A DNA stretch of 64,000 nucleotides from Candidatus Omnitrophota bacterium (GCA_043814605.1 JBDRJV010000007.1:195354-259353); one strand, 5' to 3'; shown: positions 29,529 through 40,271, counted from the first letter of the stretch. Notes: generated from the sequence alone by a model not told the origin. Made by a program: numbers and translations.

Positions 29529-30040
29529 ACAGAGAAAAAGCAAAAAAAATTAAAATTTTAATTACCGATGTTGACGGAGTATTAACTAACGCGATGATCG
29601 GCTATGGAAATTATAACGATACCTACCGGCAATTTAATATGCAGGATGGTTTTGGCTTGGTCTTGTTAAAAAAAACAGGGATAAAAACTGCGATTATTAC
29701 GGGCAAATCATCTCGATCTCTGGATCGCCGGGCACGGGAATTAAAATTTGATTTAGTTTGTAAGGATGTCGAAGTAAAAATGAAAGCGTTTAAGAAAATT
29801 TTAAAAAAATTTAAATTAACCCCGTCTGAAGCCTGCTACATCGGGGATGATTTATTGGATTTAGCGGTTTTAAAAAATGCCGGATTATCCGTTTGTGTAC
29901 CGGAAGCGCCTGAGGAACTTAAAGATACAGTTGATATTGTGACTAAAAAAAGCGGTGGTGCTGGTGCGGTACGAGAAATAATAGAGTTTATCCTAAAAGC
30001 CCAGGATAAATGGAGCGATATTGTTGAAAAATATCTATAA
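29525..30040 (+). CDS. kdsC: KDO-8-phosphate phosphatase
   Basis: DVDGVLT, YIGDDLLD, GGAGAVRE. Confidence 0.93.
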   Translation: MNREKAKKIKILITDVDGVLTNAMIGYGNYNDTYRQFNMQDGFGLVLLKKTGIKTAIITGKSSRSLDRRARELKFDLVCKDVEVKMKAFKKILKKFKLTPSEACYIGDDLLDLAVLKNAGLSVCVPEAPEELKDTVDIVTKKSGGAGAVREIIEFILKAQDKWSDIVEKYL

Positions 30041-30055
30041 AAATAGAGAGAAATA

Positions 30056-30784
30056 ATGGAAGATCATTTACTGCGCACGGAATTACTTTCTAAATCATAT
30101 AAAAAAAAACAAATCGTAAAGCAGGTGAGTATTTCAATTAGAAAAGCTGAGGTTGTCGGGTTACTCGGTCCGAACGGTGCCGGGAAAACCACCACCTTTT
30201 ATATGGTTGTGGGATTAATTAGTCCGGATAACGGAAAAATTTTTTTTGATAATCGGGAAATTACGCATATGCCCATGTTTAAAAGGGCTCGCTGCGGAAT
30301 TGGATATCTTTCCCAGGAGCCGTCAATTTTTCGAAAATTAACAGTGGAAGAGAATATCATTGCGGTACTGGAGACTTTACCGTTAACAAAGCCAGAAAGA
30401 AAAAAACGTTTAGATGAATTGCTGGAAGAGTTGAGAATGACTCATTTAGCTAAAAGTAAAGCTTATATGCTCTCTGGCGGAGAACGCCGGCGTTTGGAAA
30501 TAACCCGCTGTTTAGTGACTAATCCCTCTTTTATTTTACTGGATGAGCCATTCTCCGGGGTAGATCCGATCGCGGTATTTGAAGTACAACAGATTATTTC
30601 AAATTTAAAGAAAAAAGGCCTGGGAATTTTGCTCACTGACCATAATGTGCGAGAAACATTGAGCATAACAGACCGCAGCTATATAATGGCGGAAGGAAAA
30701 ATTTTTATTTCCGGAACTGCCCAAGAACTTATTAATAATCCGGAAGCAAAAAAAATCTATTTAGGGGAACGTTTTGCCATGTAG
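30056..30784 (+). CDS. lptB: LPS export ABC ATPase
   Basis: GPNGAGKTT, LSGGERRR, LDEPFSGVDP, TDHNVRETL. Confidence 0.97.
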   Translation: MEDHLLRTELLSKSYKKKQIVKQVSISIRKAEVVGLLGPNGAGKTTTFYMVVGLISPDNGKIFFDNREITHMPMFKRARCGIGYLSQEPSIFRKLTVEENIIAVLETLPLTKPERKKRLDELLEELRMTHLAKSKAYMLSGGERRRLEITRCLVTNPSFILLDEPFSGVDPIAVFEVQQIISNLKKKGLGILLTDHNVRETLSITDRSYIMAEGKIFISGTAQELINNPEAKKIYLGERFAM

Positions 30785-30791
30785 TAGTTTC

Positions 30792-30820
30792 TTGACGCTG
30801 ATTAAAAATAATGATAATAT
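30792..30820 (+). promoter_or_regulatory. sigma70-type promoter upstream of hpf
   Basis: TTGACG-17 nt-TATAAT with extended -10 TG. Confidence 0.75.
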
Positions 30821-30853
30821 ACAGCGAGATTATACACAAAAAGGAGGAAAATA

Positions 30854-31213
30854 GTGGAAGTGAGAATCAGTGGCCGGCATTTTGAAATCACAAACGCTTT
30901 AAAAGTTTATTCCTATAAAAAAGCAGAAAGTTTTAATAAATATTTGAATAACATCATTGATGTCCATATTATTTTAAGCGTGGAGAAATTCCGGCAATGT
31001 GCGGAAATTTCGGTTTTAGCAAAAAAACTGAAAATTACAGAAAAAAGCATTGAAACAGACATGTATGCTGCCATTGACAAGGTCTGTTCACGCATTGAAA
31101 AAACTCTGCGGCGTCATAAAGATAAAATAAAAAGTCACAGAAAAAAAGATAATAAAAACAAAAATTTAGAAGGAACCTCAGTTGAGTTTAATGAAGAGGG
31201 AGGAAGCGAATGA
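30854..31213 (+). CDS. hpf: Ribosome hibernation promoting factor (HPF/RaiA)
   Basis: ISGRHFEIT.AL, DMYAAID; GTG start after AGGAGG. Confidence 0.92.
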   Translation: MEVRISGRHFEITNALKVYSYKKAESFNKYLNNIIDVHIILSVEKFRQCAEISVLAKKLKITEKSIETDMYAAIDKVCSRIEKTLRRHKDKIKSHRKKDNKNKNLEGTSVEFNEEGGSE

Positions 31214-31671
31214 AAATAATGGATTTTTTAAAAGAAAAGGCAATAACTGCAAATCTGAAAGCAACCACAAAGGAAGAAGTGATCGAAGAACTTGTCGAAC
31301 TATTATCCTGTGCCCAACCGATTAAGCATAAAGAAAAATTAGTGAAGATTCTTTTAGAACGTGAAGCCTTAGGTTCCACTGGTATTGGACAAGGGGTGGC
31401 GATCCCGCACGGAAAAAGTGATAATATGAAGGAATTAATTGCCGCATTCGGAATATCTCAAAGAGGGGTTGATTTTAATTCACTAGACGGTGAACCGGTT
31501 TATTTATTTTTTCTCCTGGTTGCGCCGGAAGATTCTGCGGGCCCGCACCTAAAAGCTTTGGCCCGAATATCCAGAATCCTAAAAGATAAATATTTTCGGG
31601 AAACTTTACGAGGTTCTCCGGATGAAAAAGCAATTTTAAAAGTTATCAAGCAGGAAGACACAAGTAAATAA
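31210..31671 (+). CDS. ptsN: PTS EIIA (Ntr/fructose-type)
   Basis: RE.LGSTGIGQGVAIPHG, HLKALARISR. Confidence 0.9.
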   Translation: MKIMDFLKEKAITANLKATTKEEVIEELVELLSCAQPIKHKEKLVKILLEREALGSTGIGQGVAIPHGKSDNMKELIAAFGISQRGVDFNSLDGEPVYLFFLLVAPEDSAGPHLKALARISRILKDKYFRETLRGSPDEKAILKVIKQEDTSK

Positions 31672-31676
31672 AAATT

Positions 31677-32927
31677 ATGCGTATTTTAAAATGGCTTTAT
31701 CCAGGAATGAAAGTTAAGCGCTGGATTTTTTTAAGTGCTTTGGGAATAATTTTTGTTGTTTTAGGTACAATAGAAAGTGTTGCAGAAATAAAAAATAAAG
31801 GAATTTCTGCGCTAGGATTATTATTATTATTGCTCGGAATTATTCTAATCTTTACCGGTATTAAGAAAATGGTTAAATCCTTTATTGCAATTTTTATGCC
31901 GGGGCACAGAGAAAAGGAATTAGTTGATATTGTTTATAAAAAAAGACAATTAAGCCGCGGGCCGAAAATTGTGGTTATTGGAGGCGGCACGGGGTTATCC
32001 GTTCTTTTACACGGGCTAAAAGAATATACATCAAATTTAACCGCGATTGTGACCGTGACTGATGACGGGGGAAGTTCTGGGCGCTTACGGGAACAGTTTA
32101 ATATTTTACCCCCCGGAGATATTCGTAACTGTTTAGTGGCTTTAGCGGATGCTGAACCTTTAATGGGAGAGTTGTTTCAATTTCGTTTTCCCGCGGGAAC
32201 AGAGTTAGCCGGGCACAATTTTGGTAATTTATTCATTACGGTAATGACAAAATTAGTTGGCGATTTTGATAAGGCGATCAAAGAGTCCAGTAAGGTTTTG
32301 GCAATTAGCGGACAAGTAATCCCCTCCACTTTAAAAACCGTAAGTTTAGTGGCTGAACATTTAGACGGAAATAAAACCTATGGGGAGACGAGTATTTCAA
32401 AAAGTATGAGTCCGATCAATAAAGTGCAGCTTATCCCGGATAATTGTATGCCGACAGATAGCGCACTGGAAGCAATTGCTAATGCCGAAGCAATAGTTTT
32501 AGGCCCGGGGAGTTTGTATACTAGTGTGTTACCAAATTTAATAATTAATAAAATTCCCGAAGCGATTGAAACATCGCCTGCAGTTAAAATTTATATCTGT
32601 AATGTGATGACCCAATCCGGGGAAACAGACGGATTTTCGGCTTATGAGCATATTAAGGCAATTCAAAAGCATACGCAAAATAATATCATTGATTATTGTA
32701 TTGTAAATACCGGCCGAGTACCGGATAAATTTTTAGAAAAATACCGGAAACAAAATTCTGTACCGGTAAATCCGGATATTCAGAAAATCCGCGATGCCGG
32801 AATAACCGTCTTAGCTGATAATGTAATTAGCACACAGGATTATGTGCGGCATAATTCTAAAAGGATTGCTAAAAAAATTATTGATTTACTGCTGGAATTA
32901 AAATATCAAGGATCTGTTTTTGTTTAA
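31677..32927 (+). CDS. YvcK/GlmR family protein with N-terminal TM helices
   Basis: GGGTGL, DDGGSSGRLR, PPGDIRNC, GPGSLYTS. Confidence 0.92.
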   Translation: MRILKWLYPGMKVKRWIFLSALGIIFVVLGTIESVAEIKNKGISALGLLLLLLGIILIFTGIKKMVKSFIAIFMPGHREKELVDIVYKKRQLSRGPKIVVIGGGTGLSVLLHGLKEYTSNLTAIVTVTDDGGSSGRLREQFNILPPGDIRNCLVALADAEPLMGELFQFRFPAGTELAGHNFGNLFITVMTKLVGDFDKAIKESSKVLAISGQVIPSTLKTVSLVAEHLDGNKTYGETSISKSMSPINKVQLIPDNCMPTDSALEAIANAEAIVLGPGSLYTSVLPNLIINKIPEAIETSPAVKIYICNVMTQSGETDGFSAYEHIKAIQKHTQNNIIDYCIVNTGRVPDKFLEKYRKQNSVPVNPDIQKIRDAGITVLADNVISTQDYVRHNSKRIAKKIIDLLLELKYQGSVFV

Positions 32928-32930
32928 CTT

Positions 32931-33212
32931 ATGGATAATGCTCAACATATAGTAAAAAAGAAAGTTGTGATAAAAAATAAAACCGGTTTGCATGCTCGGC
33001 CGGCAGCCCTTTTTGTGCAGATTGCGAATAAATTTGACAGTGAGATAACTGTTAAAAAAGGCAGGGAACAAGTTAACGGAAAATCAATAATGGGAATTCT
33101 CATGCTTGCCGCCGGGCAAGGCCAGGAAGTTTTAATTATCGCCGAAGGTCCGGATGCGCAAAATGCAGTGGAGGCATTAGAAAAAATATTATTAACTGAT
33201 GAAAATAAATAA
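32931..33212 (+). CDS. ptsH: Phosphocarrier protein HPr
   Basis: GLHARPA and GKSIMG motifs. Confidence 0.95.
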   Translation: MDNAQHIVKKKVVIKNKTGLHARPAALFVQIANKFDSEITVKKGREQVNGKSIMGILMLAAGQGQEVLIIAEGPDAQNAVEALEKILLTDENK

Positions 33213-34968
33213 AACTGATAATCATAACGAAAGAAAAATGCTCAAAGGTATTGCGGTATCTCCCGGGATTGCCATCGGGCGGGTTTTTGTCTGGGACAGC
33301 GAGGAATACACAATTAGTAAACACCTTATTCCTGAGAACAGTATTCCGCTTGAAATTACCCGTTTTGAAGAAGCTTTGATAAAAACAAGGTCAGAAATAT
33401 TAGAGATTCAAAAAAAGATTTCTAAAGAAATGGGCTTTGAGCATGCCGAAATATTTAATGCGCATTTGTTAGTTTTAGAAGATCGCATGCTGATTGAGGA
33501 AGTGATCAATAAGATCAAAAAAGAAAAGAATAACGTTGAACATGTATTTGTTACTATTTTAAAAAAATATGCGGATATTTTTTCTAAAATGGATGATGAA
33601 TACCTGCGCGAACGGCTGATTGATATTCAGGATGTGGGAAAAAGAATTATCCGAAACCTCCTAGGTAAGCAGAGACAGGGGCTAAAGGATTTAAAAGAAA
33701 AAGTAATTGTTGTCGCGACAAATCTTTCGCCTTCGGATACAGCCTTAATGCATAAAGATAAAGTCATTGCTTTTGCTACAGATATGGGCGGCAGAACTTC
33801 TCATACCGCAATTCTTGCGCGTTCTCTAGAAATTCCTGGTGTTGTCGGGTTAAAAACTCTAACCCCCTCTGTAAAAAATGGCGATATTATCATTATTGAT
33901 GGGAATAATGGCGTAGTTTTAATTAATCCAGTAAAAACAATAATTAAGAAATATCAGAGAGAGAAAAAGAAATTTCTTGATTTTGAAAAAGGATTATCGC
34001 GTTTAAAAACATTGCCCGCGATTACCCAAGATGGACACAGTGTTGTGATCGGGGCGAATATTGAATTTCCCGAGGAAATGGATTCAGTTATTGCGCATGG
34101 ATCACAAGGCATCGGATTATATCGTACGGAATATATGTATTTAAACCGGACAGATTTACCAACGGAAGAAGAACATTTTCAAGCCTATAAAAAAGTAGCT
34201 CAATCTATGAAAAAAAATCCCGTCGTCATTAGAACCATGGATATCGGGGGTGATAAATTTGTTTCACATTTAGATATTCCGTATGAGATGAATCCCCTGA
34301 TGGGACACCGGGCAATTCGATTTTGTTTAGCCCAGCCGGAAATATTTAAAGTACAGCTGCGGGGAATTTTAAGAGCGAGTATTTTTGGCAACCTAAAAAT
34401 AATGTACCCGATGATTTCTGGTTTAAATGAGCTCAGACAGGCTAACGCAATTTTAAAAGAGGTTAAACAAGAATTAAAAAAGAAACATATCCAGTTTGAT
34501 AACGATATTGAGGTTGGCATAATGATTGAAGTGCCATCGGCAGCATTAATTGCGGATATTTTGGCAAAAGAAGTTGCTTTCTTTAGTATCGGCACTAACG
34601 ATTTAATACAATATTCTCTGGCCGTAGACCGGATCAATGAAAAAATTGCTTACCTATATGAACCAGCGCATCCGGCCGTATTACGCTTAATTAAATCGAT
34701 AATTGATATTGGCCATAATGCCGGACTTTGGGTGGGGATGTGTGGTGAAATGGCTGCAGAACCGGTTTACACATTACTGCTTTTAGGCATGGGGCTGGAT
34801 GAATTTAGTGCCAGTGCAGTAGCTATCCCGGAAATAAAAAAAATTGTACGTTCCGTAACCATTGAACAAGCACGCCAAATAGCTGAACACGTTTTAGAAT
34901 TATCCGCTGCGGATGAAATTCTTGCATATGCCAATTTAAAATTGAAGGAATTAATACTGCAAAAATGA
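33199..34968 (+). CDS. ptsI: PTS enzyme I
   Basis: TSHTAILAR, GLYRTE, SIGTNDL, GMCGEMA. Confidence 0.97.
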   Translation: MKINKTDNHNERKMLKGIAVSPGIAIGRVFVWDSEEYTISKHLIPENSIPLEITRFEEALIKTRSEILEIQKKISKEMGFEHAEIFNAHLLVLEDRMLIEEVINKIKKEKNNVEHVFVTILKKYADIFSKMDDEYLRERLIDIQDVGKRIIRNLLGKQRQGLKDLKEKVIVVATNLSPSDTALMHKDKVIAFATDMGGRTSHTAILARSLEIPGVVGLKTLTPSVKNGDIIIIDGNNGVVLINPVKTIIKKYQREKKKFLDFEKGLSRLKTLPAITQDGHSVVIGANIEFPEEMDSVIAHGSQGIGLYRTEYMYLNRTDLPTEEEHFQAYKKVAQSMKKNPVVIRTMDIGGDKFVSHLDIPYEMNPLMGHRAIRFCLAQPEIFKVQLRGILRASIFGNLKIMYPMISGLNELRQANAILKEVKQELKKKHIQFDNDIEVGIMIEVPSAALIADILAKEVAFFSIGTNDLIQYSLAVDRINEKIAYLYEPAHPAVLRLIKSIIDIGHNAGLWVGMCGEMAAEPVYTLLLLGMGLDEFSASAVAIPEIKKIVRSVTIEQARQIAEHVLELSAADEILAYANLKLKELILQK

Positions 34969-35705
34969 AAGTTTTAATATTGGCCGCAGGTTATGCCACA
35001 AGAATGTATCCATTAACAAAACACTGGCCAAAACCTTTATTACTGGTTAAAGAAAAACCGATAATTTCTCATATTGTCGATAATATAAAGTGTTTAAAAG
35101 GATTGAATGAAATCATTGTTATCTCTAATGATAAATTTTATCAACATTTTGTGGATTGGGCCAAACAAATTAATATAAATACTAAAATTAGCATATTAAA
35201 TGATCTTTCTACTTCAGAAGATAATCGTTTAGGGGCAATTGGGGATATTTATTTTGCTCTGGAAAACTGCGTAATCAATGATGATTTATTAATTATTGGC
35301 GGGGATAATCTTTTTTCTTTTGACCTGAAAGATTTTGTAAAATTTTCACAAGAAAAAAAAGACGGATGTTCTATTGGTTTGTATGATATTAAGGATTATA
35401 GCATGGTGAAAAATTACGGGGTGGTAACAATTAATCCCTTAAGCAAAGTGATTGATTTTAAGGAAAAACCGAGAAAAAGCGCTTCGACTCTAATTTCAAT
35501 GTGTATTTATTATTTTTCCCGCAAAAGTTTCAAATATATTAAGGAATACGTAATGCATAAAGATTCTTTGGATACTTCTGGCGATTATATAAAATGGCTT
35601 GCAAAAAAAAATATTGTTTGGGGTGTTGAATTAAAGGGCACTTGGTATGATATTGGAGATATTATTTCTTTTTACCATGCAAATATGACCTATAATATTA
35701 ATTAA
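34965..35705 (+). CDS. Sugar-phosphate nucleotidyltransferase
   Basis: ILAAGYATRMYPLT...PKPLL, GGDN, EKP, WYDIG. Confidence 0.9.
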   Translation: MKVLILAAGYATRMYPLTKHWPKPLLLVKEKPIISHIVDNIKCLKGLNEIIVISNDKFYQHFVDWAKQININTKISILNDLSTSEDNRLGAIGDIYFALENCVINDDLLIIGGDNLFSFDLKDFVKFSQEKKDGCSIGLYDIKDYSMVKNYGVVTINPLSKVIDFKEKPRKSASTLISMCIYYFSRKSFKYIKEYVMHKDSLDTSGDYIKWLAKKNIVWGVELKGTWYDIGDIISFYHANMTYNIN

Positions 35706-35720
35706 GAAAGGAGTAAAAAA

Positions 35721-36878
35721 ATGAGTAAAACATATCTTTTAACGTCAGAATCTGTAGCTTGCGGCCATCCGGATAAACTTTGCGATCAGGTTTCTGATGC
35801 GGTATTAGACGAACTGATAAGACAAGATCGTTTAAGCCGCGTGGCTTGTGAAACATTTGTAACTATGGGGCTGATTATTGTCGGAGGGGAAATTACGACA
35901 AAAGCCTATATTGACGTACATGAAATTGTCAGAAAAGTAGTGCGTGAAATCGGATACATTCATCCTAAATATGGATTTGATTATAAAACCTGTGCAATTT
36001 TAAATGCAATTCATAGTCAATCACCAGATATTGCTCAAGGCGTAGATACCGGCGGAGCCGGTGACCAGGGGATGATGACAGGCTATGCCTGTCGTGAAAC
36101 GAAAGAGCTAATGCCTTTATCTTTGATGTTATCTCATAAACTTTGCCAGCGCATGAAAATGGTACGAGATAAAAAGATTCTTGATTATTTAGGGCCGGAT
36201 GGCAAGGCTCAGGTTACTGTGCTTTTTGAAAATAGCCAACCGAAAAAAGTAACATCCGTGGTTTTAGCTTGCCAGCATACAGAAAGTATTTTAGATAAAA
36301 GCGGAAAACATATTACGAATAAATCCCGGCAGGAAATAATCGATATTATTGGTAAACCAGTTTTAGGTAAATGGATTGATAAAACTACTAAATTTTATGT
36401 GAATCAAACCGGAAAGTTTGTTGTCGGCGGTCCGCAATCAGATGCAGGAGTAACTGGCCGTAAAATTGTCGTGGATACTTATGGCGGAGTTGTTCCTGTC
36501 GGAGGCGGTGCTTTTTCCGGTAAAGACCCCACTAAGGTTGATCGTTCCGCAGCTTATATGGGACGTTATATTGCAAAAAATATAGTTGCCTCCGGAATCG
36601 CGGATAAATGTTATATAGAAATGGCTTACTGTATTGGAAAAAGTGAACCAGTTTCTGTTTTAGTGGAAACATATGGTACCGCTAAGATTTCTGATGAAAA
36701 GATAATAAAATTAATAAGAGGAAATTTTGACTTAAAGCCACGCGGTATTATTAAGACGCTGAATTTATTAAGGCCGATTTATCAAATGACCGCTGCACAC
36801 GGGCATTTTGGCCGAGATGAAAAAGAATTTACTTGGGAAAAGACTGATAAGTCAGCTATTTTAAAAAAACAAGCTTAA
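35721..36878 (+). CDS. metK: S-adenosylmethionine synthetase
   Basis: SESV..GHPDK, GAGDQG, GGGAFSGKDPTKVDRS. Confidence 0.98.
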   Translation: MSKTYLLTSESVACGHPDKLCDQVSDAVLDELIRQDRLSRVACETFVTMGLIIVGGEITTKAYIDVHEIVRKVVREIGYIHPKYGFDYKTCAILNAIHSQSPDIAQGVDTGGAGDQGMMTGYACRETKELMPLSLMLSHKLCQRMKMVRDKKILDYLGPDGKAQVTVLFENSQPKKVTSVVLACQHTESILDKSGKHITNKSRQEIIDIIGKPVLGKWIDKTTKFYVNQTGKFVVGGPQSDAGVTGRKIVVDTYGGVVPVGGGAFSGKDPTKVDRSAAYMGRYIAKNIVASGIADKCYIEMAYCIGKSEPVSVLVETYGTAKISDEKIIKLIRGNFDLKPRGIIKTLNLLRPIYQMTAAHGHFGRDEKEFTWEKTDKSAILKKQA

Positions 36879-36906
36879 TTAAAATTAGCAGTTTGAGGAG
36901 TAAGTT

Positions 36907-38322
36907 ATGCACGCAATAAACGATAAATATAAAGTTAAAGATATTAATTTAGCTGATTTTGGGAGAAAAGAAATTGAAATTGCAGAGAAAGAAATGCCCG
37001 GTTTAATGGCAATTCGTAAAAAATATTCCCAAACAAAACCACTAACTAATGTGCGGATTATGGGTTCATTACATATGACTATTCAAACCGCGGTTTTAAT
37101 TGAAACTTTAGTGGCATTAGGAGCACAAGTGAGATGGGCAAGTTGTAACATATTCTCAACACAGGATCATGCCGCAGCCGCTATTGCCGCGCGAGGTATT
37201 CCGATTTTTGCCTGGAAAGGTGAGACTTTAGCCGAATATTGGTGGTGCACGGAACAGGCATTAACATTTGGGCCAGGATTGGGACCGCAATTAATTGTGG
37301 ATGATGGCGGAGATGCTACTTTAATGATTCATCTGGGGTTTGCGGCAGAAAAAAACTGCAGTGTTTTAGATAAAAAATCAGAGGGGGAAGATGAGGCAGA
37401 ATTGATAAAAAATCTAAAACAAGGGCGGCAAAAGAATCCGAATAAATGGTCAAAAATAGTGCAGGAATGGAAAGGTGTTTCTGAGGAAACAACAACGGGT
37501 GTACACCGGCTTTACCAAATGATGGCTAAAAAAGAGTTATTGGTACCAGCGATAAATGTTAACGATTCTGTGACTAAATCAAAGTTTGATAATTTATACG
37601 GCTGCCGAGAATCTTTAGCCGATGGAATAAAACGGGCTACGGATGTTATGTTTGCGGGAAAGGTTGCGGTAATTTGCGGTTATGGCGATGTCGGAAAGGG
37701 TTCTGCCCAGTCTTTAAGAGGAATCGGGGCACGGGTTTTAATTACAGAAATCGACCCGATTTGTGCTTTACAAGCCGCCATGGCCGGATATGAGGTTACC
37801 ACTGTTGAATCTACCCTTGGTATGGCCGATATTTATGTAACAACAACTGGTAACCGTGATGTAATTAGAATTGAACATATGCAGAAAATGAAGGATCAGG
37901 CGATAGTTTGTAATATCGGTCATTTTGATAATGAAATTGATGTCGCTGGCTTAGAAAAATTTTCCGGGATAAAGAAAATAAATATAAAACCGCAAGTTGA
38001 TAAATATATTTTTCCCGATGGACGAGCCATATTTATTTTAGCCCAAGGCAGGTTAGTTAATTTAGGTTGTGCCACGGGACATCCGTCTTTTGTCATGTCC
38101 AATTCATTCTGCAATCAAGTTTTGGCTCAAATAGAGTTATGGAAAAATAAGGATACCTACGAAAAAAAAGTTTATTGCTTATCAAAAAGCTTAGATGAGG
38201 AAGTAGCCAGACTGCATTTAGATAAAATTGGCGTTAGATTAACTAAATTGACTAAAGCCCAGGCAGATTATATTGGTGTACCGGTAGAAGGGCCGTATAA
38301 GCCAGAACATTATCGTTATTAG
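36907..38322 (+). CDS. ahcY: Adenosylhomocysteinase
   Basis: [35 protein letters not shown]. Confidence 0.98.
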   Translation: MHAINDKYKVKDINLADFGRKEIEIAEKEMPGLMAIRKKYSQTKPLTNVRIMGSLHMTIQTAVLIETLVALGAQVRWASCNIFSTQDHAAAAIAARGIPIFAWKGETLAEYWWCTEQALTFGPGLGPQLIVDDGGDATLMIHLGFAAEKNCSVLDKKSEGEDEAELIKNLKQGRQKNPNKWSKIVQEWKGVSEETTTGVHRLYQMMAKKELLVPAINVNDSVTKSKFDNLYGCRESLADGIKRATDVMFAGKVAVICGYGDVGKGSAQSLRGIGARVLITEIDPICALQAAMAGYEVTTVESTLGMADIYVTTTGNRDVIRIEHMQKMKDQAIVCNIGHFDNEIDVAGLEKFSGIKKINIKPQVDKYIFPDGRAIFILAQGRLVNLGCATGHPSFVMSNSFCNQVLAQIELWKNKDTYEKKVYCLSKSLDEEVARLHLDKIGVRLTKLTKAQADYIGVPVEGPYKPEHYRY

Positions 38323-38435
38323 TAGATCCCTGTTAAAGGCAAACTTGAAGCAGTAAACAGTAATATTCAAACAAAAAAATATATAATCAGTTGCGAAAAT
38401 GTAGATCATCAGTTTTAAAAAGAGGAAGGGGAAAA

Positions 38436-39443
38436 ATGGCCTTGTATAAAGAACTCGGTTTAACAAATACTAAAGAAATGTTTAAAAAAGCATTCGCAGG
38501 TAAGTATGCAGTACCCGCTTATAACTTTAATAATATGGAGCAAATTCAAGCGATTATTGTTGCTTGTGTGGAAACTCAATCTCCCGTAATTCTACAGGTA
38601 TCTAGCGGTGCTCGCAAATATGCAAATAAAATATTATTACGTTATATGGGGCAGGGAGCTGTCGCAATGATGCGTGATCTAGCCAGAGAAAAAAGATTAA
38701 AAGAAATCCCTATAGCTTTACATTTAGATCATGGTGATACTTTGGAATTATCTAAATCCTGTATTGATTCTGGATTTTCATCGGTAATGATTGACGGTTC
38801 ACATCATTCGTTTGAAGATAATATTAAATTAACACGCCAAGTGGTTGATTATGCACATCAGTTTGATGTCACAGTAGAAGGAGAATTAGGGGTTTTAGCG
38901 GGAATCGAGGATGAAGTGTCTGCAGAAAAATCCACTTACACACATCCAGAAGAAGTTATTGAATTCGTGGAGAAAACCGGGGTTGATTCATTGGCAATTT
39001 CTATTGGTACCTCCCACGGTGCAAATAAATTTAAACCCGAACAATGCACTAAAAATAAAGATGGGATATATATTCCTCCGGAATTAAGATTTGATATTTT
39101 AGAGGAAATTGAAAAGAAAATACCCGGGTTTCCGATTGTTTTACACGGATCATCCAGCGTACCTGTAGAAGCGGTGAATATGATTAATACTCATGGGGGG
39201 AAATTAAAGGACTCTGTAGGTATTCCGGAAGAACAGATCAGAAAGGCAACTAAATCCGCAGTGTGTAAGGTTAATATTGATTCTGATGGCCGGCTTTGGA
39301 TGACTGCGGCAATTCGAAAACATTTTAGTGATAAACCCGCGGATTTTGACCCGCGTCAATATTTAGGCCCTGCGCGGGAAGCGTTGATTGCCATGTACAA
39401 GCATAAAAATAAAAACGTCTTAGGCTCTGCAAATAGAGTTTAA
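38436..39443 (+). CDS. fba: Class II fructose-bisphosphate aldolase
   Basis: LHLDHG, SVMIDGS, EGELG, IGTSHG, LHGSS; ATG at 38436. Confidence 0.95.
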   Translation: MALYKELGLTNTKEMFKKAFAGKYAVPAYNFNNMEQIQAIIVACVETQSPVILQVSSGARKYANKILLRYMGQGAVAMMRDLAREKRLKEIPIALHLDHGDTLELSKSCIDSGFSSVMIDGSHHSFEDNIKLTRQVVDYAHQFDVTVEGELGVLAGIEDEVSAEKSTYTHPEEVIEFVEKTGVDSLAISIGTSHGANKFKPEQCTKNKDGIYIPPELRFDILEEIEKKIPGFPIVLHGSSSVPVEAVNMINTHGGKLKDSVGIPEEQIRKATKSAVCKVNIDSDGRLWMTAAIRKHFSDKPADFDPRQYLGPAREALIAMYKHKNKNVLGSANRV

Positions 39444-39459
39444 ATATAGTTTATATAGC

Positions 39460-39503
39460 AAAAAAAAGCTTTGTTTTAATAAATAAAACAGAGCTTTTTT
39501 TTG
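39460..39503. terminator. Likely bidirectional terminator after fba
   Basis: A-run, GCTTTGTTTTA...TAAAACAGAGC stem, T-run. Confidence 0.8.
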
Positions 39504-39542
39504 TTTGGGAAAAAGGGGCTGTGCCGCCTGCGGCCAGCATAC

Positions 39543-39652
39543 TGTGTAATGTTAAATGTTTAATGTGTAATGTAGCAAGTAGAGAGTAGAGAGAATTTCA
39601 GATGCTGCTTTTCTATTTGATGCTTTTTTTAGTCTATAGTCTTTTGTCTGTT
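39543..39652. repeat. Degenerate 7-bp tandem repeats
   Basis: TGTGTAA TGTTAAA TGTTTAA TGTGTAA; AGTAGAG AGTAGAG; AGTCTAT AGTCTTT TGTCTGT. Confidence 0.65.
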
Positions 39653-39772
39653 GATCCCGCAATTGCGGGACCCCGAAGATATCCCAGGGAAGTTTCTTCA
39701 TTCGGGGCTGAGGACTAGTTTCGTCGCTTGGTTTCTAAAGGGGGGATAAAAACCAGGCTTGTCCATTTTTCA

Positions 39773-39801
39773 TTGACTAACGGATGATAGAAGCGTATTA
39801 T
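39773..39801 (+). promoter_or_regulatory. sigma70-type promoter facing the cassette array (Pc-like)
   Basis: TTGACT-17 nt-TATTAT. Confidence 0.6.
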
Positions 39802-39917
39802 TTATGTATTACAAAAATTCGGTTTTAATAGCTAATCTAATATCATGATATTACGCAGGAAATGCGAAATGTTTCCAGGCAAAAACTTGTTAGTTGAAGA
39901 GAAAAACAATAGGGAAT

Positions 39918-39955
39918 TACTGAAAAATAGACTGAAAGTATATTAACTGTTATCT
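39918..39955 (+). other. Putative attI-like integron recombination site
   Basis: GTTATCT core at 39949-39955 is the exact reverse complement of the AGATAAC R'' box of the downstream attC; no attC hairpin upstream; two ACTGAAA direct repeats. Confidence 0.55.
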
Positions 39956-39975
39956 GCAAATAAATAAGGAGAAAT

Positions 39976-40191
39976 ATGAAAAAAATAATTAAACCCCTCC
40001 TGATTTTGGTAATTCTATTCTTGCTTGTTTATTCTGGTATGGCTCAAAAAGCTCATAAGGTAAAAGAAGTAAGAATGAGATTTAAACTTCAAGAAAAAGA
40101 AATATCTGAAAAAGAATATAATGAATTTATAAAAAATCATACATTTATTAATACACTCTTAGATCCAAAATCTGTTCTTAATGTTGACTAA
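39976..40191 (+). CDS. Gene cassette 1: small exported hypothetical protein
   Basis: AAGGAG RBS, signal-peptide-like N-terminus, stop 6 nt before the attC. Confidence 0.65.
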   Translation: MKKIIKPLLILVILFLLVYSGMAQKAHKVKEVRMRFKLQEKEISEKEYNEFIKNHTFINTLLDPKSVLNVD

Positions 40192-40197
40192 AAAAAC

Positions 40198-40271
40198 AGA
40201 TAACAAGTCAATCCACCTGACCTTCCTCGCGGCTTCGCCGCTTCGTAAGGCAGCTGATTTTTGTGTTATAA
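40198..40271 (+). mobile_element. Integron attC site (74 bp)
   Basis: AGATAAC...GTTATAA; TAAC/GTTA pairing, 5-nt spacers, AATC[C]A/TGATT, CTG[A]CCTT/AAGGCAG with extrahelical C and A, inner GCGGC-TTC-GCCGC hairpin. Confidence 0.85.

Noticed and set aside
35700-36910. SAM or SAH riboswitch before metK/ahcY
   Set aside because: The intergenic gaps are only about 15-30 nt.
38330-38400. Second GEMM riboswitch (AAAGGCAAAC) upstream of fba
   Set aside because: No GNRA-capped stem, GCAAAG or receptor follows.
39500-39775. Divergent integron integrase gene upstream of the attI-like site
   Set aside because: Only very short minus-strand ORFs with no tyrosine recombinase motifs.
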